64,000 nucleotides of DNA from Desulfatiglandales bacterium (lineage in GTDB: Bacteria; Desulfobacterota; DSM-4660; Desulfatiglandales; HGW-15). Position 1 is the first letter of the stretch. Each line of letters starts with the position of its first letter. The DNA lies in the NCBI GenBank assembly GCA_963667015.2, contig CAXXJJ010000004.1, forward strand, positions 32,001-96,000. Direction: 5' to 3'. A program made the translations under genes and the position numbers. This document shows, one piece after another, positions 8,823-16,793 of the stretch. Under the pieces are notes generated by a model that was given only the letters and a program-made list of their open reading frames with translations, made no database searches and was not told where the DNA came from.

Positions 8823-11800
8823 ATGAGAAGATGGATAGCTCCATTTTTAAAGAGTATTACGATATCAGCCATTGTCTGCGTTATCGGGTTTGCAGTCACA
8901 TCCCAGAACAGGGTTGCCGGTGTACTGTTTCTTGCAGTATATTCAACATTTATGGTTGTAAAATCCTTTCGCAGGCCCATTCCCCTGGGTTTTCTGACTG
9001 CAGTTTTACCGGGCCTTACAGCCTTTGTATCATATGTGATTCAACTGAGCGTGATAGATTTCGGGACTCCTGACCTTCCCCTGGCAGGATTACTCATCGG
9101 AATCATTTCCGGTATTATCATGGGAATTGTCCACCGCACATATATTGAAAACGGAAGAATATGGGCTAAAAAAAGTTTCTGGTACCTGGTGCTGTGGGGT
9201 ATTTCCTATATTGCAGTTCAGGGAGCTGCGCTGGCCGGAGTTAGGGAGATTTCGGGCGGAGCCCTCGCTCTCTCCGGCTTTACATCCTCATCCCTTGTAA
9301 TGCTGTCTTTTTTTCTTTTTTGTAAATACATAAGAGGAAAGAAAAAACTGCGGATAGCCAACTCATCTTCTGTTGCAGCATTAATTATGATCTCAACTGC
9401 TGCTTTAATTATTCCTTTTTTTCCAGTCACAGGAAACAGCAGCAATAATTCAATTGCTGAGGAAACAGCCAGAAAGAATCGAGCTGTGAAGGAAGCATGG
9501 AAGAATGCTACCCCGGAACAGATACGTGCAAACGTAAAATTGATTGAATGTCTGGACAGAGAACTATATACAAAGGAGGAGTGCGACAGGTACTGGCAAA
9601 ATAGGAATAGCAGCAGGAATGTCACTACTCAGACTGACATGGAAACGGTAGCAAGTGCAGGCATTGCCGGTTCTGTGTGGCAGATGCTGATTGCGGCCAT
9701 TATGGCATCTATGATGTCAGGTGCTGCGTCTCTAGGAACCTCTGCAGCTGCAGAAGGTGCAATTAAATCGCTGTTGAATGAATCTCAGGTTTCTGGTCCT
9801 GAACTTATTAATCCGGATGATGATACTCCCCTTGAGCAGAAAAACGGCAAGTATCTGGTCTGGGGTGAATGGGTAGACTATGATGAAGCACAGCGATGGA
9901 TAAGGGAAAGAAAGGCTGATCAGGCAGCAAGAAGTGCTGAGATAGACAAACTTTTTGCAGCAGAACGTGAGGATAGACAGGCAAAATCCAATGCAAAACA
10001 CATAGCCAGGGGAGACCGCTATGATGCGGATTCCAATACATGGTATTCAAAGGAATATGAAGATGCCAGACTTGCGGCAGAGCATAAAGCGAAGATAGAC
10101 AAAGAAAATGCTAAAATGCTTAAAAAAAACAGGGACCATGCAGCCGACCGTCTGCGCGGAATGCTTACAAAGGAGGGTAAAGATCCCGGTTATGTGGATG
10201 ATTTAATTGCTGCCGGGCAGTGGGATAAGCTGTGCGACATGTTCCGGGACAGGGTGTATCAAAATATAAAGGATTCGGTACAGGTACATGCATCAGAACG
10301 AAGGTGGGCTGTTGCACACCATGTGGGTGAATACGGCGCAAGGATCGTTGAATCGGCGGCCAAGGCAGGTATAGCAGTACTTGCAGGCCCTGCAACCGGG
10401 GGATCTTCCATCGCCGCAATGGGTGCAGCGGCCGGTGCAACAGGGGCCATAGCCGGTGCAGGGGAGGGAACCGGTGCATATCTTGATGCTGTTGAAAAAC
10501 ATGGCCCTATAAACTCCAAAAACTGGTCAAAAATTGCAAGTAAGACAGTAAAGGGGACAGCTGTTGGATTTCTCTCAGGCGCAAAGGACGGGGCTGTCGG
10601 AGTCTATTGCGGCGGTCCGGGTGTTTCGAAAACAGTAAAGGTTCTGCTTCCTGCAGGATGTGATGCGGCGGAAACGTATCTTAGAACGGGTGACAGCAAA
10701 CAGGCATTGACAACAGGGGCATTATCTGTAGTTGGAGATCTTGGCGGTGATGTCGTAGATAAAATTGGAAATAAAGCCTTAAAAGAGGCAGCGGGAACCG
10801 CCTGGTCAGGGGTAATGGGCGGTGCAGGAAGCTATATTAACGGCGGAAAATTCGGTGAAGGAGTCATGACCGGGCTTGCAAACCGCGCGGGTTCCCGAAT
10901 TGGAGGAGACCTGGTACAGGGAGTGCAGGCATCACGGCCTGTCTCGGATGATGATTTAACAGACAGCTATGCAGCAGAAGGCAGGCTTCGTAAAGCATTA
11001 GATGAAGCCTCTCAAAAGAAGAAGAGTATTATTCCTATAGAGGATCAGCCGGAAGAAATAAAGGCCCTCTGGGCTTCGAGAAAAACAGTCGTTGAGATTG
11101 ATCCGGAAACCGGAGCAAAAAAGACAGTCATACTTGTTGATGAGGAGAAGGCATTCAACCAGCTTGCCGATACCGCTTCAAGCCGAAGTGCAAAACTCGC
11201 CGATCCTGATGTACAACAGGCCATTCTGGACACCAGAAAAAAAATAACCGATCCCGCGGATGAGGCCACTATTACACGTGCATTAAAAAAACCTGAGATA
11301 CAGTCTCAAATGCAGGAGGGGGACAGGCTTATTATGACCGGCTTTTCAACACCCGGATCAGAGCCGAGTGTTGGGGCGGACAGGGATGCAATCATGTGTA
11401 TTGCCAGACCAATTGAGGGAACTGACAAGGTGCAGTTGATCCAGGTTGATCGCAGGCTGTGGCAGAACGATGCGTATGATGAGTTTTATAAACATACTAT
11501 AAAATATGCCAGGACAGATGCTGACGGCAATATTACCCCTGAAACAGAGCCGGAATTTCACAGGCAGAAACAGGCCCTCGCCCACCTGAGAAAAAGACCT
11601 CTTGACCAGGAGACAATAGACATGGTTAAGGCCCGGGTACAGAAAAAGGTTGATGCCGAGATCGAGATAGAGAATAAATTCCAGAAGGCAGCCGGCATGC
11701 CGAATGTGGATACCGAGACCCGGCAGGCAAGGATTGACGCCCTGGTAGATCAGAGGATATCAAGACTGAACAGCCAGCTTTTAACAGATGATCAGATAAA

Positions 11801-12674
11801 CGCCCGTGCATGGGCGGCAAGTAGAAACCAGGTATTTACCGACCCATACCATATGGAAGCAAGCAGGGATAACTCAAACCAGGTTTTAACCGTTGTAGCC
11901 ACTCCCGATGGTAAGCCAAAAATCGTGAGGGCACAGGTAGGGGTTGAATTAAACGGAACAGTCAGGCCCATAGTTGATGCTGAAGGAGAAATAAGGACTG
12001 CCCCCGGTATTCTGGAAGGTCAGAAAGGACAGAGAAAAGGACTGATCGACCCCGAAGGCACCACTTCTATGTGGAAGACAAAACCGGATGATTATATTGA
12101 CGGGAATGTTCCCGAAGCTGTGGCCCAGGGGCAGAAGGGTATAAAACAGTTTATGAAACTGAGGGAGGGTCAGCGGCGGGGAGGATATGAGGTTCCGCCT
12201 CTTAAACCCCATGTTGCGGAGGCAATGGAAGCCCTGGTTCGTGCACCTGTAGATTCATCTTCATCCCCTCAGAAGATACAGGAATTAGAGGCAGCTTTAA
12301 AGGCAATTCGAAAACCGGATCCCACGGGCCAGAATCCTGACGGTATTTCTGCCTATCCCGGAGGAATAAAAGAGGCCCTTGAAAAACTGCCGGAACAGAA
12401 CAGGATGCTGGGAGCTGCAATGCCGAAAAGGATAACAGTTACTGTTCATTCGGATTTTCAGCAGGGGCCCCAGACAGCTGACGATATTCGAAGCGCAATG
12501 AGAGAAGGAATCAGCAACCCGCGAGACCCTCAAAATGTGGATAATCCGCCTCCAGAGTCTCCACCACCTGAACCCGATGACCTCGAAGAACGTATTCGCA
12601 AACTGGATGAAGAAAGGGCCAGCCTTGCCAGACAGATAGCCGAGAGAAATAAGGGGAAAGGAGAAAATTCATGA
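8823..12674 (+). CDS. Large membrane-anchored hypothetical protein with polymorphic-toxin-like architecture
   Basis: 1283 aa: ~6 N-terminal TMs, coiled coil, Gly/Ala-rich hydrophobic middle, soluble C-terminal region, Pro-rich/coiled-coil tail. Confidence 0.75.
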   Translation: MRRWIAPFLKSITISAIVCVIGFAVTSQNRVAGVLFLAVYSTFMVVKSFRRPIPLGFLTAVLPGLTAFVSYVIQLSVIDFGTPDLPLAGLLIGIISGIIMGIVHRTYIENGRIWAKKSFWYLVLWGISYIAVQGAALAGVREISGGALALSGFTSSSLVMLSFFLFCKYIRGKKKLRIANSSSVAALIMISTAALIIPFFPVTGNSSNNSIAEETARKNRAVKEAWKNATPEQIRANVKLIECLDRELYTKEECDRYWQNRNSSRNVTTQTDMETVASAGIAGSVWQMLIAAIMASMMSGAASLGTSAAAEGAIKSLLNESQVSGPELINPDDDTPLEQKNGKYLVWGEWVDYDEAQRWIRERKADQAARSAEIDKLFAAEREDRQAKSNAKHIARGDRYDADSNTWYSKEYEDARLAAEHKAKIDKENAKMLKKNRDHAADRLRGMLTKEGKDPGYVDDLIAAGQWDKLCDMFRDRVYQNIKDSVQVHASERRWAVAHHVGEYGARIVESAAKAGIAVLAGPATGGSSIAAMGAAAGATGAIAGAGEGTGAYLDAVEKHGPINSKNWSKIASKTVKGTAVGFLSGAKDGAVGVYCGGPGVSKTVKVLLPAGCDAAETYLRTGDSKQALTTGALSVVGDLGGDVVDKIGNKALKEAAGTAWSGVMGGAGSYINGGKFGEGVMTGLANRAGSRIGGDLVQGVQASRPVSDDDLTDSYAAEGRLRKALDEASQKKKSIIPIEDQPEEIKALWASRKTVVEIDPETGAKKTVILVDEEKAFNQLADTASSRSAKLADPDVQQAILDTRKKITDPADEATITRALKKPEIQSQMQEGDRLIMTGFSTPGSEPSVGADRDAIMCIARPIEGTDKVQLIQVDRRLWQNDAYDEFYKHTIKYARTDADGNITPETEPEFHRQKQALAHLRKRPLDQETIDMVKARVQKKVDAEIEIENKFQKAAGMPNVDTETRQARIDALVDQRISRLNSQLLTDDQINARAWAASRNQVFTDPYHMEASRDNSNQVLTVVATPDGKPKIVRAQVGVELNGTVRPIVDAEGEIRTAPGILEGQKGQRKGLIDPEGTTSMWKTKPDDYIDGNVPEAVAQGQKGIKQFMKLREGQRRGGYEVPPLKPHVAEAMEALVRAPVDSSSSPQKIQELEAALKAIRKPDPTGQNPDGISAYPGGIKEALEKLPEQNRMLGAAMPKRITVTVHSDFQQGPQTADDIRSAMREGISNPRDPQNVDNPPPESPPPEPDDLEERIRKLDEERASLARQIAERNKGKGENS

Positions 12675-13918
12675 CAGACAGCATGATATTCTCCGACAGA
12701 ATAATTCCTCCGGAATGGCAGTGTGAACTGTCCCCGAAAACCATGGCATGGCTTTTAAGTGATGATATCAAGGGAACAGACCTTTCTCCCAAATATCATT
12801 TTATTGAAGCACAGCCTCCGGATAAAGATGAAATGCACCGGCTGCTGTCATCGGGTATTATAAAAAAAACAGCCTCCGTCGCCCCTGATCTAACGGCTAT
12901 CGGTCAAAAAGTCATCTCCATTCTCGCAGCTCCTGTCTCCAATGTAACACTGCGAATCTGGGGTACAGAAAGATCATCAGCTGAAACAAGTGTCTATTTC
13001 CCGGGAAACCTAACAGAGGGGCCTGGCGTTCTGCTTACTGAGCAGGCTGATGGTAAATGGCGTCTTGCGGGTATGGTAAGTGCCATGGAGCTGATCTCAA
13101 TAGCCTCAAAAATGATACCTGCAGAGCCTGAAGACTGGATTAAACAGTCCTCATTCGAGGCTCATCTGGACGCAGCAACGGCAGCAGTTTTATGTGCGAT
13201 TATTGATATAGGCCGTACAGCCTATAGAAGACAGGGATTTCCTGATACAGGTCTTGAACCGGGGACAGCTTTTTCAGCCGGTGATGTTACAGGATACCTG
13301 GATGCCGGCTGGGGATTCTCAAATTTTGACCAGCTGATCTCTTATCTGCCCTCAACAGTCATGCGCGGTGATCCGCCGGGTATTTCAGAAATAGATGCTG
13401 CAATAGATATACTTACTGTAAATGACTATTTAAAGGAGAGTATCACAGGAAGGTATATTATCGGAGAACAGATAAGGAATATAATACCTGCCATGTTTGC
13501 TTTAAGAAGCGGAATTCAATGGCTGCGTACAAGTCTTATTGATGATGATTTAGCTGTATCAAGCAGAATTTTTCTGTCAGGTTCCAATGGTGCAGTCTTT
13601 ATGTTTTCACCAACTGTTGCAGATCATGTTTATATGAAACTTATATCAGGTGAAGACATGATAAGCTTTTTATCCGGTGAGATTGCAGAGATTCTGCCGC
13701 TTAAATATCAGGAAGAAAGTATTATTAATGACGGGCATGTCTGCAGGAAATGCAGGGCACCAATAAGAGATGGTGCTGTTTTTTGCACGATTTGTGGTGA
13801 AAAAGCTGCAGAGGATAATGCCCCCGCAATCAACAGGCCCTCTTTCTGCAGCACCTGCGGTAAAAAAATACGGTCTGGGGCTAAATTCTGTACTGGCTGT
13901 GGAGCACAGGTTAAATAA
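12671..13918 (+). CDS. Hypothetical protein with C-terminal double zinc ribbon
   Basis: CRKC...FCTICG and CSTC...FCTGCG; ATGA overlap with the upstream gene. Confidence 0.8.
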   Translation: MTDSMIFSDRIIPPEWQCELSPKTMAWLLSDDIKGTDLSPKYHFIEAQPPDKDEMHRLLSSGIIKKTASVAPDLTAIGQKVISILAAPVSNVTLRIWGTERSSAETSVYFPGNLTEGPGVLLTEQADGKWRLAGMVSAMELISIASKMIPAEPEDWIKQSSFEAHLDAATAAVLCAIIDIGRTAYRRQGFPDTGLEPGTAFSAGDVTGYLDAGWGFSNFDQLISYLPSTVMRGDPPGISEIDAAIDILTVNDYLKESITGRYIIGEQIRNIIPAMFALRSGIQWLRTSLIDDDLAVSSRIFLSGSNGAVFMFSPTVADHVYMKLISGEDMISFLSGEIAEILPLKYQEESIINDGHVCRKCRAPIRDGAVFCTICGEKAAEDNAPAINRPSFCSTCGKKIRSGAKFCTGCGAQVK

Positions 13919-14299
13919 TCAACAGAGCGGTATAAACGGTAAAAGAGTGGCAAACAGAAATATAAATCCAATTGCAAAACAGAAGATTGAATAAATTGAA
14001 TAATAGATATCTTTTGCTTTGCTTTCTCTGTATTTTACCTCGAGGATTAGTACAGAAGCTATAAACAGACTTACTATTAAAATCCGAATTGATCCGATAT
14101 CAGTAAATTTCATTGCAATACCGGTTGGAACAGGTAGTGACTCTCCACTCTGTTCGATCACCGTTCTTATATTGCAGCTGCTTAAATCATTATTGGAGTT
14201 ATCCTTAAGCAGAATTGGCAGTAAAATAAAGGCAAACAGCGACAGTACAAGAGATTGTACCAGGATAAATCGCGATAAAAACTTTTCAGCCTTTGCCAT
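13919..14299 (-). CDS. Small hypothetical membrane protein
   Basis: 126 aa, three hydrophobic segments, AAGGA upstream. Confidence 0.55.
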   Translation of the reverse strand: MAKAEKFLSRFILVQSLVLSLFAFILLPILLKDNSNNDLSSCNIRTVIEQSGESLPVPTGIAMKFTDIGSIRILIVSLFIASVLILEVKYRESKAKDIYYSIYSIFCFAIGFIFLFATLLPFIPLC

Positions 14300-14389
14300 A
14301 GCTTTTTGATCCTTATACAGTTCTATGTTTATCTGAAGACCTTAAAAATAAAAATTTTCCATCTTTGAGTAAAGACAGGGGGTCGTGTC

Positions 14390-14488
14390 CCGGCTAAACA
14401 AAGACGAAATGTGTTTAGCCGGATTCACCCTGTTAAATACTGCTATGCAGTCCGCCATGCGGATTAAACAGGGTGAACCCTGTTAAAT
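14390..14488. repeat. Cluster of nested inverted repeats (REP/MITE-like, possibly terminator of the peptidase gene)
   Basis: CCGGCTAAACA/TGTTTAGCCGG (14390-14422); TTCACCCTGTTAAAT/ATTAAACAGGGTGAA (14424-14477) enclosing two mini-hairpins; ACCCTGTTAAAT repeated at 14477-14488. Confidence 0.7.
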
Positions 14489-14540
14489 GCTGTGTTGCGT
14501 TTGTTTGGCCCGGACCTGCTCCACCTGTTTTGAATATAAC

Positions 14541-16679
14541 CTAATTAAGCCCGCGTCTCTCAAGTAAAGGCTTCACATCGGGATTGCGTCCTCTGAAATT
14601 TCTAAACATCTGCATCGCTTCAATACTGCCTCCCCTTGACAATACAGTATCGCGTAAATGCTGCCCGTTTTCTCCTGTCAGGCCGCCATTTTCCTTAAAC
14701 CATTCCACTGCATCGGCATCCAGTACTTCCGCCCAGATGTAGGCGTAGTACCCTGCAGAATATCCGCCCATGATGTGGGAGAAATAGGGCAGATGATAAC
14801 GCGGAGGAACAACATCCAGTTTTGCTCCTGCCTTTGTCAGGGCATCCGCTTCAAACTGCATTATCTCATCAGCCGAAGGAACTTCTTCCGGCTTGAGCTG
14901 GTGCAGCGCCATATCCGTCAGAGAGGCCTCGAGGTACTCGGTGGTTTGAAAGCCCTGATTAAATTTTCTTGAGGCCAATACCTTGTCCAGTAGCTCGCGC
15001 GGCATGGGTTCACCGGTTTTATAGTGAACGGCATAGTTTTTAAGAACTTCCGGCCAGTATGCCCACATTTCGTTCACCTGCGATGGAAACTCGACGAAAT
15101 CTCTCGGTACACTGGTACCTGAAAAGTCTGGATAAGTAACATTGGATAACATCCCATGCAGCCCGTGCCCGAATTCATGGAACATGGTAGTTACTTCATC
15201 GAAAGTCATCAGGGTGGGTTCACCTTCCGGCGGCTTGGTAATGTTCAAATGATTACCGACTACAGCTTTGCGGTTCAATAGACTGGATTGATCAACATAG
15301 GAATTCATCCATGCACCGCCGCGTTTGCTGGGACGTGCGTAGAGGTCCATGATTAAAAATGCGAGCGTGGAGCCGTCTGCATCAAAAACCTCGAACACAC
15401 GAACATCATCCTGATAAACAGGCAGATCAGCTCTCTCTTTAAAGGTGATGCCATACAGTTTATTTGCCGCGTAAAACACACCATTCTTCAATACGCTGTT
15501 CACCTCAAGGTAAGGACGCAGTTCAGACTCATCAAAATTGAAGCGTTTCTGCCTGACCTTTTCGGTGTAGTAATCCCAGTCCCAGGAAGCCAGTTTAAAA
15601 TCACCGCCTTCACTGTCAATCAATTTCTGTAAATCTGCTGCTTCGCGTTTGGCATTGGCTACTGCAGGAGGTGTTAACTCGGCCAGACGCTGATTAACCG
15701 CTTCCACAGTTTTCGCGGTTTGATTCTGTAGTATATAAGCTGCGTGATTTTCAAAACCCAGCAGCTGTGCTTTCTCGGCCCGAAGTTTTGCCGTACGGCT
15801 CAATATTTCACGGTTATCGTACTCACCGCCGCGATACCCACGGGAAAGCGATATCTCATGAATACGCTGGCGAAGGGCGCGATTTTCCAGGCTTGCCAGG
15901 GCCGGCTGCCCACTGGTATTTAACAATGGAAGCACAAACTTACCTTTAAGATCCCGTGACCCGGCTTCGTCAGCAGCAGCTTTAATCTGCGCCTCGGTGA
16001 GACCGGCCAGCTCTTCGCGCGAATCAACAACAACAGCAAGATCATTGACTTCATTCATTACGTTTTGAGTGAATCTGGTTGAAAGCTCTGCCAGTTCGCT
16101 GTTGATTTCTTTCATTCGCTTTTTCTGCTCATCGTTTAAAGCTGCGCCCGACCGCACAAAATCTTTGTGGGTCTCTTCAATCAGGCGTTTAGATTCCGGA
16201 TCTAGGCCTGAATCATCACGCTTGTCATACAGGGCTTTTATCCGGTCATATAATTTTTTATTTAAAAGGATACTGTCCCCATGGGCTGACAGTTTAGGAG
16301 CAACTTCGGTCTCAACCGCTTTAATATCGTCATTAGTATGAGCCGCGGTCATTCCAAAAAAAACGTTTGAAACCCGTGATAACAAGGCACCTGATTTTTC
16401 CAGAGCGATTAAAGTGTTTTCGAAAGTCGGCGCCTCACTGTTATTGGCTATAACCTCAACCTCTGCCAGTTGATCGGCCATACCTTTTTCAAAGGCAGGA
16501 AGATAATGAGTGGTTTCTATGCGATCAAAAGGCGGAAATTCCAGAGGCAGGTCGCTGGATGAATAAAACGGATTGTCTCCGGCAACAGCGGATTGAGTAC
16601 TGTCCTGATTCGTATCTGAAGAGCAGGCAGTAATTATCACCGAAAGAGCCAGGACAGAGAACAACTGGATTTTTATCAT
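14541..16679 (-). CDS. dcp: M3 family metallopeptidase (peptidyl-dipeptidase Dcp-like), lipoprotein
   Basis: FHEFGHGLH zinc motif, KRGGAWM, DFVEFPSQ, GYSAGYYAYIWAEVLDAD; lipobox IITAC. Confidence 0.9.
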   Translation of the reverse strand: MIKIQLFSVLALSVIITACSSDTNQDSTQSAVAGDNPFYSSSDLPLEFPPFDRIETTHYLPAFEKGMADQLAEVEVIANNSEAPTFENTLIALEKSGALLSRVSNVFFGMTAAHTNDDIKAVETEVAPKLSAHGDSILLNKKLYDRIKALYDKRDDSGLDPESKRLIEETHKDFVRSGAALNDEQKKRMKEINSELAELSTRFTQNVMNEVNDLAVVVDSREELAGLTEAQIKAAADEAGSRDLKGKFVLPLLNTSGQPALASLENRALRQRIHEISLSRGYRGGEYDNREILSRTAKLRAEKAQLLGFENHAAYILQNQTAKTVEAVNQRLAELTPPAVANAKREAADLQKLIDSEGGDFKLASWDWDYYTEKVRQKRFNFDESELRPYLEVNSVLKNGVFYAANKLYGITFKERADLPVYQDDVRVFEVFDADGSTLAFLIMDLYARPSKRGGAWMNSYVDQSSLLNRKAVVGNHLNITKPPEGEPTLMTFDEVTTMFHEFGHGLHGMLSNVTYPDFSGTSVPRDFVEFPSQVNEMWAYWPEVLKNYAVHYKTGEPMPRELLDKVLASRKFNQGFQTTEYLEASLTDMALHQLKPEEVPSADEIMQFEADALTKAGAKLDVVPPRYHLPYFSHIMGGYSAGYYAYIWAEVLDADAVEWFKENGGLTGENGQHLRDTVLSRGGSIEAMQMFRNFRGRNPDVKPLLERRGLN

Positions 16680-16793
16680 TTTATTTCCCTCTCAATAGTT
16701 AATCTATTTGATTTTGTTAAGAATTTTCTTTTTAAAAAATGAAGTATATGGATTTGAGTGTTGCATGTCAATCTGTGTTCAAGTTTTGCAGGA

